DNA of 64,000 nucleotides, from positions 126,418,001-126,482,000 of the forward strand of contig OZ024744.1 of the NCBI GenBank assembly GCA_964016885.1, written 5' to 3'. The notes under the pieces are model-generated. The model ran no database searches. It was not told where the DNA came from and saw only the letters and a list, made by a program, of their open reading frames with translations. The translations under genes were made by a program, and so were the position numbers. Below are positions 1 to 12,577 of the stretch, piece after piece (the stretch's first letter is position 1; each line of letters opens with the position of its first letter). This DNA comes from Eledone cirrhosa (taxonomy: Eukaryota).

Positions 1-1370
1 TGAAGTCCGCCGGCGAATGGTGTGCTTCGAAGAAAACTAATTCGAAAATGACTATTTGCCGGCGGAATCACCTTTTCGGTCCTGGTCCGGCCGGATCTTG
101 CCGGATCGATCGGAAATTTGTGGACCATGTTCGGAAGGCCATTGTGCATGTGTGGTGAAAAAAATTTGTGTCGAAATCTTCTCGGAAAATAACGGATCGC
201 CGGCGGAGATTGCCATTTCGATCGTGGGCCGGCCGGATCTTGTCGGATCGATTCGGACATATGTGCATCGTGTTCGCAAGGCCCTTGTCTATGTGTGGTG
301 TGATTTTCATAAAGAAATTCCGAAAAACCCAGTTTTAAATCTGATTTCGCCAAAGAATTTTGGCTATCAGATCGGGTTGAAAGGTATGGTTTCAGGTCGA
401 TCTGAAAGTCTAAAATGGAATTCACTCGGTTAGCTAACTATTGATATATCGGAGATATCTTTCTGAAAATCACACCACACACTCCCAATGAGTGTCTGCA
501 CATGTACCAGTAATTACAGATGGATCCCACCACGGGCGGCCGGCCCACGATCGAAAAGGTTACTCCGAAGCACACCATTCGCCGGCGGAATTCATTTAGC
601 ATGGGCAGTTTTTCTCGAAAATCACACCACACACAGCCAATGAGTGTCCGCACATGTACCAGTAATTACAGATGGATCCCACCACGGGCGGCTGGCCCAC
701 GATCGAAAAGGTTACTCCGCCTGCAAACGGTCATTTTCGAATTAGTTTTCTTCGAAGCACACCATTCGCCGGCGGACTTCAGCTTCCTCATTTAGCATGG
801 GCAGTTTTTCTTGAAAATCACACCACACACAGCAAATGTGTGTCCGCACATGTACCAGTAATTACAGATCGATTCCGGTGAAAATTCACTGAAAACGGGC
901 CATTCGGCCCTGTGCGTCGATCGTGGGCCGGCCGGATGTTGACGGATCGATGTGTAATTAGAAGTACATGTGCGGACACTCATTGGCTGTGCGTGGTATG
1001 CATTTCACTAAGATATCTCCGTAACATCAAGAGTTATGGCTGTGGAGGCACACCTAGTCAAACGTAAACAAGGTCTGGAGCGTTTACGCTTCGCGATTTT
1101 GTTTACGTTTGACTAGGTGTGCCTCCACAGCGACAACTCTTGATGTTACGGAGATATCTTGCTGAAATTCATACCACGCACAGCCAATGAGTGTCCGCAC
1201 ATGTACCTGTAATTACACATCGATCCGACGACGGACAGAGTATTCGGTTTATTTTCTTGACATATTTCTTTACATATTGTCCAGGCATGCACTTTTTCCA
1301 TGATTAGTTCTGTTGACGGCCCGCTTTCCAAAATACCTTATCCTGTGCAACGCCGGGTACCACTGCTAGT
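1..1370. repeat. Terminal part of palindromic 1584-bp satellite array (block 0), ending in a Helitron-like 3' end
   Basis: Matches 10938-12307 at offset 10937 (ORF 56 vs 10993). Palindrome centre ~1085, loop 1072-1098. Confidence 0.9.
1310..1370 (+). mobile_element. Helitron-like 3' terminus (GC hairpin + CTAG|T); copies end at 12306 and 45240
   Basis: cctgtgcaacgccggg-taccactg-CTAG-T followed by (TA)n. A subterminal hairpin followed by CTRR is the canonical Helitron 3' end. Confidence 0.65.
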
Positions 1371-1588
1371 ATATATATGTGTATGTATATATATATATAT
1401 ATATTGGTAAACGGAATAGAAAATTGTGACAAATTGTTCACAGTGAAAAATAGTTTAATTAGGAATAAGTGATAATTAGTAATAGTATTGGTTAGTATTA
1501 AGTTTTGGTTTTAAGTTTTACCGGTTGCGCATTTCTAATGCTTTTCAAAAATAATTTTGAGATAGAGCGTCCGTGATGTTTGCTCTGA

Positions 1589-1640
<52 letters not shown>

Positions 1641-1782
1641 AACAGTAGAAAGGAAAAAGATTTTTTCAGTAGAAATTGCTGAAGAGATTCTTTCAGTGTA
1701 ATTTCAAAACATTAATTTATTTATAAAGTGGATATTTCCACATTTAATAATGGCACTGGGTTCAGCATTATATACATTGTCA

Positions 1783-2060
1783 ATTGTGGATTCTACTTTT
1801 GGCACAAGGGCTGCAATTATCCAGTACATTACTGGTACTTTATTATTTATACAAATAATAATTGTTTCTACTTTTGGCACAAGGGCAGCAATTACCCAGT
1901 ACATTACTGGTACTTTATTATTTATACAAATAATAATTGTTTCTACTTTAGGCACAAGGTCAGCAATTACCCAGTACATTACTGGTACTTTATTATTTAT
2001 ACAAATAATAATTGTTTCTACTTTAGGCACAAGGTCAGCAATTACCCCAGTACTTTATTT
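1783..2060. repeat. 75-bp minisatellite (~3.5 copies) made of SINE-end sequence; copies at +10937 and +43871
   Basis: ggcacaagg recurs at 1801, 1876, 1951 and 2026. The array runs into a minus-strand SINE core at ~2048-2115. Confidence 0.85.
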
Positions 2061-2205
2061 TATCGACCCCGTAAGGATGAAAGAAAAGTTAACCTCAACG
2101 GGATTTGAACTCAGTCTGTAAAGGGAGGTAACTGCTGGATTAATTTGGTTAATTAAGTTAACAGAAATTATGAACCGGTTTCTACAGAGCCTTCTGGACA
2201 TTTAA

Positions 2206-2426
2206 CCCTTTAGCATTTAAACCAGCCATACCTAGCCAGAATACTCTCACATCTTTCTGTTCAAACCAGCCATAACTGGCCACTCATACTGACGTTAAGG
2301 TATTGTTCTCAATATAAATAATATCAAAATCTCATAGATTCGATATTATATGAGATAATTATGTAAGATAAAGCCTTTACCACAAAAATACAATAGTATA
2401 TATAGAGTAATAAAAATGCTAAAGGG
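2206..2426. mobile_element. piggyBac-like (TTAA) MITE inside the RTE; copies 13143, 17212, 46077, 50146
   Basis: TTAA|CCCTTTAGCATTT ... AAATGCTAAAGGG|TAAA terminal inverted repeats. Confidence 0.7.
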
Positions 2427-3553
2427 TAAAAGTAGCTTATTATTTTGTGAGCTCTTGCTACTTATTGCTCTTGTGCATCAAGAACATACACAGCTTACAT
2501 TTTGTTGCTAATCTCACTGAGATCCAACTACATCTCTTGTTTATCCATAGTTTGGAATTTCTACCTACTCCTTTCCTTTAGAATGATCAAGGCCATTTTC
2601 TTGTGGGGATCTAGGCCCTGTTTTCCTTTCTATTTTGCCAAGTTATCTTACATCACTTTCATTCTAGACCATGCTTCCAGGTTTGGAATTTCTCCTCTAA
2701 TTTTACCACAGATTAAGTGACAAGGGTTCAATCATGTGCATACAGGAGTTCCCATGGACAGCCAGTAATATGTAATAGCCTGCAGGATGATAATAAACAG
2801 AAGAGGGTTAATTACAGAGCCCTGATAGAGGGTTAATAACAGAGCCCTGATAGACTTGTTCACTCAACTCCTCACTATAGCCATCATTACTTTTAACCTT
2901 ACTGACTGCTCCTCCATACATGGCTTTTACTGCTCTCACAAGCCACTCATATACCCCTAGTTTTCTAAGTTATACACCAGATTAGGGAAGGGGGAAGTCT
3001 CACAGAAGCTCTCTCTGGGTCAACAAATGCCAAGTAGAGGGGCTTATTTTAGCTAGGTACTACTCTTGCAGTTGCCACACAAGGAAGAGGACATCAGTGG
3101 TACTTTTACCTGGCACAAATCCAAACTTCATCTCATCTAGGTTAACTTGGTCCCTAATCAGCTGTGTTATAAATCTAACACCTTCATGAAGTGGTCCATC
3201 TAATATCTCTATAGTTTTCTAGCTCTAGTACATCTCCTTTGCCCTTGTAGCAGTTGATGATGATGATACTACACCATTTATTTGGTATGACACCATTTTG
3301 TATTACATGCTGTACGATACCAGTGGTTAAGATGTGACCCACCATCCCAGATACTTTCAGTATCTCAGCAACTATCACCAATGGACAAGATACTTTCTCT
3401 GTCTTCATATCCTTAATTACCTTACTTCATATCCTTAATTACCTTACTGCTTACTTGTATGGCTGGACCCTCTGTTGGGCCCACTTTCCGTAGACTATCT
3501 TCCTCCCATGCATTCTCCTCATTCAGTAATCTTTCATAAAGGCATTTCCATGT

Positions 3554-3752
3554 TACAAAGGTTGGCTGAAAAGTTCATAGACTATCAATGATAGCATGAT
3601 GCTAGAGCTGTGAAATCTTGCCTGCATTAATTTCAACTCTTCTTATTAATAACTGCATTGTTTCCTTCCAGGGACTATGTTGAAAAATAAACCTCATTTG
3701 GTCATTCCATGAGTGTATCTTGGTCTGCCTATGAACTTTTCAGCTGACCCTA
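3554..3752. mobile_element. Tc1/mariner-like MITE inside the RTE (present in all five RTE copies)
   Basis: TIRs ggttggctgaaaagttcatag / ctatgaacttttcagctgacc, with TA flanks. Confidence 0.7.
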
Positions 3753-4467
3753 TTCAGCATCAGTGAGCCCAAATGCCCCATTATCATCCTGGACACACTT
3801 TACCCCAACATCACAATTTGCCCTCACACACTGCCTCACAATCCTGAACATCTCATGTATTTCATCCTCACATCATAAAACCAACTGAAATTATATATTC
3901 TCTGCTTCCCTCCTTGCAAAGAATACTTCTTGCCTAGCTTCCTGTAGTGTACCCTCCAGCTGCCTCCATTCTGCCATTATTCCATGCCTGTCTCTTGGCC
4001 TTAACTGTCTCATCTACCCTAGTGTTTCACCACCAAGATACTCTCCTCTCTGAAGCCCTGCTCCAGCCACAGATCTAGTTTGACACCTTCAGCAAAGGTT
4101 CTTTAAGGAACTCCCACTGTTCCCCTATATTGTATGTTTCTATTTGTTCTTCCTTACTGTTGTAAAGATCAAACAAAATATCTCTAAATTTGGAACTGGC
4201 TGAGGGGTCCTTTAACTTCCATATCCTTCTCCTCCAAGTTGCCCTCAGTCTTCAAGTTCATCTAAGTCTATGAAATCACTAACTACTGGGTTATGTTGGG
4301 AGGTGCATTCTTCCCCAGGGGGTGGGGATTGTGTGTTTACAAATGTCAATATCTCATCTTCTGGTGAGGATAAAAATCTGACTGGCATGCTCCTCTGACC
4401 AATAGGTGTTGAAGTGGTTGTCGGGTAAACGTTAAGACCCTCTGATATACATATATATATATATATA

Positions 4468-4530
4468 CTAGCAGTGGTACCCGGCGTTGCACGGGATAAC
4501 GTATTTCGGAACGCGGGCCGCCATCTTCCA
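4468..4530 (-). mobile_element. Helitron-like 3' terminus, minus strand; copies at 15403, 19474, 48337, 52408
   Basis: (TA)n-CTAGcagtggtacccggcgttgcacgggataa is the reverse complement of 1338-1369, with ~60 bp total homology. Confidence 0.6.
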
Positions 4531-4710
4531 CTTCAGCCGGTCGCCCTAAAGTGTTGGCTATTCAGTCTACTTGAGGCCAGTTGGTGAGGGGGGTAAAGCT
4601 TTCAGTGTGCTACTACCCTCACGGTCAAATAGAAAGGGAGAGGAAGAAAAGTCAGCGTTAATATCGTGCTACACGTTTGAAAGGTTGGATGACCTTAGAG
4701 TTCACCAGGG
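4531..4710 (-). mobile_element. CR1-like LINE 3' fragment
   Basis: Minus strand reads FLTVRVVAH*KL, which resembles the CR1 ORF2 C-terminal FF.xRVVxxWNxLP motif. Confidence 0.45.
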
Positions 4711-5027
4711 TGGGGGGTTCTAAAAGTATCTATCTTGGTATTTTATCTTAGAAGTAATCATTACAGAGTGTACTGGGTGTATTTTAGTGGGCAGTAATTC
4801 CATAAAGAACACAGTATAATCTGTGGACACAAGCCTTGCAGTGTGATTACAGGCAGGTTAATGGGAAAGATAGATTATATATGTGACATGATGTACATGA
4901 GAAGTGAGGACACAGACCACACATGAAATAGATTCCTACAACTGTCAGGGAGGCTCCCTAGAATTACAGATGACATATTTCAATATCTCGGTGATCAAGT
5001 TAGCAGTGGAGGAAGAATCTCTAAAAG

Positions 5028-8000
5028 TCACACCACACACAGCCAATGAGTGTCCGCACATGTACCAGTAATTACAGATGGATCCCACCACGGGCGGCTG
5101 GCCCACGATCGAAAAGGTTACTCCGCCTGCAAACGGTCATTTTCGAATTCGTTTTCTTCGAAGCACACGATTCGCCGGCGGACTTCAGCTGCCTCATTTA
5201 GCATGGGCAGTTTTTCTCGAAAATCACACCACACACAGCAAATGTGTGTCCGCACATGTACCAGTAATTACAGATCGATTCCGGTGAAAATTCACTGAAA
5301 ACGGGCCATCCGGCCCTGTGCGTCGATCGTGGGCCGGCCGGATGTTGACGGATCGATGTGTAATTAGAAGTACATGTGCGGACACTCATTGGCTGTGCGT
5401 GGTATGCATTTCAGCAAGATATCTCCGTAACATCAAGAGTTATGGCTGTGGAGGCACACCTAGTCAAACGTAAACAAGGTCTGGAGCGTTTACGCTTCGC
5501 GATTTTGTTTACGTTTGACTAGGTGTGCCTCCACAGCCATAACTCTTGATGTTACGGAGATATCTTGCTGAAATGCATACCGCGCACAGCCAATGAGTGT
5601 CCGCACATGTACTTCTAATTACACATCGATCCGTCAACATCCGGCCGGCCCACGATCGACGCACAGGGCCGGATGGCCCGTTTTCAGTGAATTTTCACCG
5701 GAATCGATCTGTAATTACTGGTACATGTGCGGAGACACATTTGCTGTGTGTGGTGTGATTTTCAAGAAAAACTGCCCATGCTAAATGAGGAAGCTGAAGT
5801 CCGCCGGCGAATGGTGTGCTTCGAAGAAAACTAATTCGAAAATGACCGTTTGCAGGCGGAGTAACCTTTTCGATCGTGGGCCAGCCGCCCGTGGTGGGAT
5901 CCATCTGTAATTACTGGTACATGTGCGGACATACATTTGCTGTGTGTGGTGTGATTTTCAAGAAGAACTGCCCATGCTAAATGAGGAAGCTGAAGTCCGC
6001 CGGCGAATGGTGTGCTTCGAAGAAAACTAATTCGAAAATGACCGTTTGCAGGCGGGGTAACCTTTTCGATCGTGGGCCAGCCGCCCGTGGTGGGATCCAT
6101 CTGTAATTACTGGTACATGTGCGGACACACATTTGCTGTGTGTGGTGTGATTTTCGAGAAAGACTGCCCATGCTAAATGAGGAAGCTGAAGTCCGCCGGC
6201 GAATGGTGTGCTTCGAAGAAAACTAATTCGAAAATGACTATTTGCCGGCGGAATCACCTTTTCGGTCCTGGTCCGGCCGGATCTTGCCGGATCGATCGGA
6301 AATTTGTGGACCATGTTCGGAAGGCCATTGTGCATGTGTGGTGAAAAAAATTTGTGTCGAAATCTTCTCGGAAAATAACGGATCGCCGGCGGAGATTGCC
6401 ATTTCGATCGTGGGCCGGCCGGATCTTGTCGGATCGATTCGGACATATGTGCATCGTGTTCGCAAGGCCCTTGTCTATGTGTGGTGTGATTTTCATAAAG
6501 AAATTCCGAAAAACCCAGTTTTAAATCTGATTTCGCCAAAGAATTTTGGCTATCAGATCGGGTTGAAAGGTATGGTTTCAGGTCGATCTGAAAGTCTAAA
6601 ATGGAATTCACTCGGTTAGCTAACTTTTGATATATCGGAGATATCTTTCTGAAAATCACACCACACACTCCCAATGAGTGTCTGCACATGTACCAGTAAT
6701 TACAGATGGATCCCACCACGGGCTGCCGGCCCACGATCGAAAAGGTTACTCCGAAGCACACCATTCGCCGGCGGAATTCATTTAGCATGGGCAGTTTTTC
6801 TCGAAAATCACACCACACACAGCCAATGAGTGTCCGCACATGTACCAGTAATTACAGATGGATCCCACCACGGGCGGCTGGCCCACGATCGAAAAGGTTA
6901 CTCCGCCTGCAAACGGTCATTTTCGAATTCGTTTTCTTCGAAGCACACGATTCGCCGGCGGACTTCAGCTGCCTCATTTAGCATGGGCAGTTTTTCTCGA
7001 AAATCACACCACACACAGCAAATGTGTGTCCGCACATGTACCAGTAATTACAGATCGATTCCGGTGAAAATTCACTGAAAACGGGCCATTCGGCCCTGTG
7101 CGTCGATCGTGGGCCGGCCGGATGTTGACGGATCGATGTGTAATTAGAAGTACATGTGCGGACACTCATTGGCTGTGCGTGGTATGCATTTCAGCAAGAT
7201 ATCTCCGTAACATCAAGAGTTATGGCTGTGGAGGCACACCTAGTCAAACGTAAACAAGCTCTGGAGCGTATACGCTTCGCGATTTTGTTTACGTTTGACT
7301 AGGTGTGCCTCCACAGCCACAACTCTTGATGTTACGGAGATATCTTGCTGAAATGCATACCACGCACAGCCAATGAGTGTCCGCACATGTACTTCTAATT
7401 ACACATCGATCCGTCAACATCCGGCCGGCCCACGATCGACGCACAGGGCCGGATGGCCCGTTTTCAGTGAATTTTCACCGGAATCGATCTGTAATTACTG
7501 GTACATGTGCGGACACACATTTGCTGTGTGTGGTGTGATTTTCACGAAAAACTGCCCATGCTAAATGAGGAAGCTGAAGTCCGCCGGCGAATGGTGTGCT
7601 TCGAAGAAAACTAATTCGAAAATGACCGTTTGCAGGCGGGGTAACCTTTTCGATCGTGGGCCAGCCGCCCGTGGTGGGATCCATCTGTAATTACTGGTAC
7701 ATGTGCGGACACACATTTGCTGTGTGTGGTGTGATTTTCGAGAAAGACTGCCCATGCTAAATGAGGAAGCTGAAGTCCGCCGGCGAATGGTGTGCTTCGA
7801 AGAAAACTAATTCGAAAATGACTATTTGCCGGCGGAATCACCTTTTCGGTCCTGGTCCGGCCGGATCTTGCCGGATCGATCGGAAATTTGTGGACCATGT
7901 TCGGAAGGCCATTGTGCATGTGTGGTGAAAAAAATTTGTGTCGAAATCTTCTCGGAAAATAACGGATCGCCGGCGGAGATTGCCATTTCGATCGTGGGCC

Positions 8001-11000
8001 GGCCGGATCTTGTCGGATCGATTCGGACATATGTGCATCGTGTTCGCAAGGCCCTTGTCTATGTGTGGTGTGATTTTCATAAAGAAATTCCGAAAAACCC
8101 AGTTTTAAATCTGATTTCGCCAAAGAATTTTGGCTATCAGATCGGGTTGAAAGGTATGGTTTCAGGTCGATCTGAAAGTCTAAAATGGAATTCACTCGGT
8201 TAGCTAACTTTTGATATATCGGAGATATCTTTCTGAAAATCACACCACACACTCCCAATGAGTGTCTGCACATGTACCAGTAATTACAGATGGATCCCAC
8301 CACGGGCTGCCGGCCCACGATCGAAAAGGTTACTCCGAAGCACACCATTCGCCGGCGGAATTCATTTAGCATGGGCAGTTTTTCTCGAAAATCACACCAC
8401 ACACAGCCAATGAGTGTCCGCACATGTACCAGTAATTACAGATGGATCCCACCACGGGCGGCTGGCCCACGATCGAAAAGGTTACTCCGCCTGCAAACGG
8501 TCATTTCGAATTCGTTTTCTTCGAAGCACACGATTCGCCGGCGGACTTCAGCTGCCTCATTTAGCATGGGCAGTTTTTCTCGAAAATCACACCACACACA
8601 GCAAATGTGTGTCCGCACATGTACCAGTAATTACAGATCGATTCCGGTGAAAATTCACTGAAAACGGGCCATTCGGCCCTGTGCGTCGATCGTGGGCCGG
8701 CCGGATGTTGACGGATCGATGTGTAATTAGAAGTACATGTGCGGACACTCATTGGCTGTGCGTGGTATGCATTTCAGCAAGATATCTCCGTAACATCAAG
8801 AGTTATGGCTGTGGAGGCACACCTAGTCAAACGTAAACAAGCTCTGGAGCGTATACGCTTCGCGATTTTGTTTACGTTTGACTAGGTGTGCCTCCACAGC
8901 CACAACTCTTGATGTTACGGAGATATCTTGCTGAAATGCATACCACGCACAGCCAATGAGTGTCCGCACATGTACTTCTAATTACACATCGATCCGTCAA
9001 CATCCGGCCGGCCCACGATCGACGCACAGGGCCGGATGGCCCGTTTTCAGTGAATTTTCACCGGAATCGATCTGTAATTACTGGTACATGTGCGGACACA
9101 CATTTGCTGTGTGTGGTGTGATTTTCAAGAAAAACTGCCCATGCTAAATGAGGAAGCTGAAGTCCGCCGGCGAATGGTGTGCTTCGAAGAAAACTAATTC
9201 GAAAATGACCGTTTGCAGGCGGAGTAACCTTTTCGATCGTGGGCCAGCCGCCCGTGGTGGGATACATCTGTAATTACTGGTACATGTGCGGACACACATT
9301 TGCTGTGTGTGGTGTGATTTTCGAGAAAGACTGCCCATGCTAAATGAGGAAGCTGAAGTCCGCCGGCGAATGGTGTGCTTCGAAGAAAACTAATTCGAAA
9401 ATGACTATTTGCCGGCGGAATCACCTTTTCGGTCCTGGTCCGGCCGGATCTTGCCGGATCGATCGGAAGTTTGTGGACCATGTTCGGAAGGCCATTGTGC
9501 ATGTGTGGTGAAAAAAATTTGTGTCGAAATCTTCTCGGAAAATAACGGATCGCCGGCGGAGATTGCCATTTCGATCGTGGGCCGGCCGGATCTTGTCGGA
9601 TCGATTCGGACATATGTGCATCGTGTTCGCAAGGCCCTTGTCTATGTGTGGTGTGATTTTCATAAAGAAATTCCGAAAAACCCAGTTTTAAATCTGATTT
9701 CGCCAAAGAATTTTGGCTATCAGATCGGGTTGAAAGGTATGGTTTCAGGTCGATCTGAAAGTCTAAAATGGAATTCACTCGGTTAGCTAACTTTTGATAT
9801 ATCGGAGATATCTTTCTGAAAATCACACCACACACTCCCAATGAGTGTCTGCACATGTACCAGTAATTACAGATGGATCCCACCACGGGCGGCCGGCCCA
9901 CGATCGAAAAGGTTACTCCGAAGCACACCATTCGCCGGCGGAATTCATTTAGCATGGGCAGTTTTTCTCGAAAATCACACCACACACAGCCAATGAGTGT
10001 CCGCACATGTACCAGTAATTACAGATGGATCCCACCACGGGCGGCTGGCCCACGATCGAAAAGGTTACTCCGCCTGCAAACGGTCATTTTCGAATTCGTT
10101 TTCTTCGAAGCACACGATTCGCCGGCGGACTTCAGCTGCCTCATTTAGCATGGGCAGTTTTTCTCGAAAATCACACCACACACAGCAAATGTGTGTCCGC
10201 ACATGTACCAGTAATTACAGATCGATTCCGGTGAAAATTCACTGAAAACGGGCCATTCGGCCCTGTGCGTCGATCGTGGGCCGGCCGGATGTTGACGGAT
10301 CGATGTGTAATTAGAAGTACATGTGCGGACACTCATTGGCTGTGCGTGGTATGCATTTCAGCAAGATATCTCCGTAACATCAAGAGTTATGGCTGTGGAG
10401 GCACACCTAGTCAAACGTAAACAAGCTCTGGAGCGTATACGCTTCGCGATTTTGTTTACGTTTGACTAGGTGTGCCTCCACAGCCACAACTCTTGATGTT
10501 ACGGAGATATCTTGCTGAAATGCATACCACGCACAGCCAATGAGTGTCCGCACATGTACTTCTAATTACACATCGATCCGTCAACATCCGGCCGGCCCAC
10601 GATCGACGCACAGGGCCGGATGGCCCGTTTTCAGTGAATTTTCACCGGAATCGATCTGTAATTACTGGTACATGTGCGGACACACATTTGCTGTGTGTGG
10701 TGTGATTTTCACGAAAAACTGCCCATGCTAAATGAGGAAGCTGAAGTCCGCCGGCGAATGGTGTGCTTCGAAGAAAACTAATTCGAAAATGACCGTTTGC
10801 AGGCGGAGTAACCTTTTCGATCGTGGGCCAGCCGCCCGTGGTGGGATACATCTGTAATTACTGGTACATGTGCGGACACACATTTGCTGTGTGTGGTGTG
10901 ATTTTCGAGAAAGACTGCCCATGCTAAATGAGGAAGCTGAAGTCCGCCGGCGAATGGTGTGCTTCGAAGAAAACTAATTCGAAAATGACTATTTGCCGGC

Positions 11001-12306
11001 GGAATCACCTTTTCGGTCCTGGTCCGGCCGGATCTTGCCGGATCGATCGGAAATTTGTGGACCATGTTCGGAAGGCCATTGTGCATGTGTGGTGAAAAAA
11101 ATTTGTGTCGAAATCTTCTCGGAAAATAACGGATCGCCGGCGGAGATTGCCATTTCGATCGTGGGCCGGCCGGATCTTGTCGGATCGATTCGGACATATG
11201 TGCATCGTGTTCGCAAGGCCCTTGTCTATGTGTGGTGTGATTTTCATAAAGAAATTCCGAAAAACCCAGTTTTAAATCTGATTTCGCCAAAGAATTTTGG
11301 CTATCAGATCGGGTTGAAAGGTATGGTTTCAGGTCGATCTGAAAGTCTAAAATGGAATTCACTCGGTTAGCTAACTATTGATATATCGGAGATATCTTTC
11401 TGAAAATCACACCACACACTCCCAATGAGTGTCTGCACATGTACCAGTAATTACAGATGGATCCCACCACGGGCGGCCGGCCCACGATCGAAAAGGTTAC
11501 TCCGAAGCACACCATTCGCCGGCGGAATTCATTTAGCATGGGCAGTTTTTCTCGAAAATCACACCACACACAGCCAATGAGTGTCCGCACATGTACCAGT
11601 AATTACAGATGGATCCCACCACGGGCGGCTGGCCCACGATCGAAAAGGTTACTCCGCCTGCAAACGGTCATTTTCGAATTAGTTTTCTTCGAAGCACACC
11701 ATTCGCCGGCGGACTTCAGCTTCCTCATTTAGCATGGGCAGTTTTTCTTGAAAATCACACCACACACAGCAAATGTGTGTCCGCACATGTACCAGTAATT
11801 ACAGATCGATTCCGGTGAAAATTCACTGAAAACGGGCCATTCGGCCCTGTGCGTCGATCGTGGGCCGGCCGGATGTTGACGGATCGATGTGTAATTAGAA
11901 GTACATGTGCGGACACTCATTGGCTGTGCGTGGTATGCATTTCACTAAGATATCTCCGTAACATCAAGAGTTATGGCTGTGGAGGCACACCTAGTCAAAC
12001 GTAAACAAGGTCTGGAGCGTTTACGCTTCGCGATTTTGTTTACGTTTGACTAGGTGTGCCTCCACAGCGACAACTCTTGATGTTACGGAGATATCTTGCT
12101 GAAATTCATACCACGCACAGCCAATGAGTGTCCGCACATGTACCTGTAATTACACATCGATCCGACGACGGACAGAGTATTCGGTTTATTTTCTTGACAT
12201 ATTTCTTTACATATTGTCCAGGCATGCACTTTTTCCATGATTAGTTCTGTTGACGGCCCGCTTTCCAAAATACCTTATCCTGTGCAACGCCGGGTACCAC
12301 TGCTAG
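5028..12306. repeat. 1584-bp higher-order palindromic satellite, block 1 (5 palindrome centres)
   Basis: ORF periodicity 6242/7826/9409/10993. 196-bp monomers occur in both orientations. Centres at ~5491, 7271, 8854, 10438, 12022. Confidence 0.95.
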
Positions 12307-12525
12307 TATATATATGTGTATGTATATATATATATATATATTGGTAAACGGAATAGAAAATTGTGACAAATTGTTCACAGTGAAAAATAGTTTAATTAGG
12401 AATAAGTGATAATTAGTAATAGTATTGGTTAGTATTAAGTTTTGGTTTTAAGTTTTACCGGTTGCGCATTTCTAATGCTTTTCAAAAATAATTTTGAGAT
12501 AGAGCGTCCGTGATGTTTGCTCTGA

Positions 12526-12577
<52 letters not shown>

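Larger units (their letters stand above)
2140..4440 (-). mobile_element. Degenerate RTE-clade LINE (end of endonuclease, RT, PHD-like region); copies 13077-15377, 16840-19450, 46011-48311, 49774-52384
   Basis: Minus strand reads GCPWELLYAHD (YADD motif, ~2730-2765) and IPNKW..YKGKGD.LE..NYR.I (ORF 3184-3408), with many stops and frameshifts. Confidence 0.85.

Noticed and set aside
1021-1230. Parvovirus/Polinton-like terminal hairpin
   Set aside because: No Rep/NS1, PolB or capsid ORF is present, and there are no flip/flop loop isomers.
6027-6839. Recurrent 270-aa and 125-aa ORFs in the satellite
   Set aside because: They overlap on both strands, contain monomer-derived repeats and have no recognisable domain, and the 270-aa frame is broken by a SNP in some units. 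They are by-products of GC-rich repeats.
5028-12306. CRISPR-like array
   Set aside because: There are no unique spacers and no cas genes, and the context is eukaryotic.
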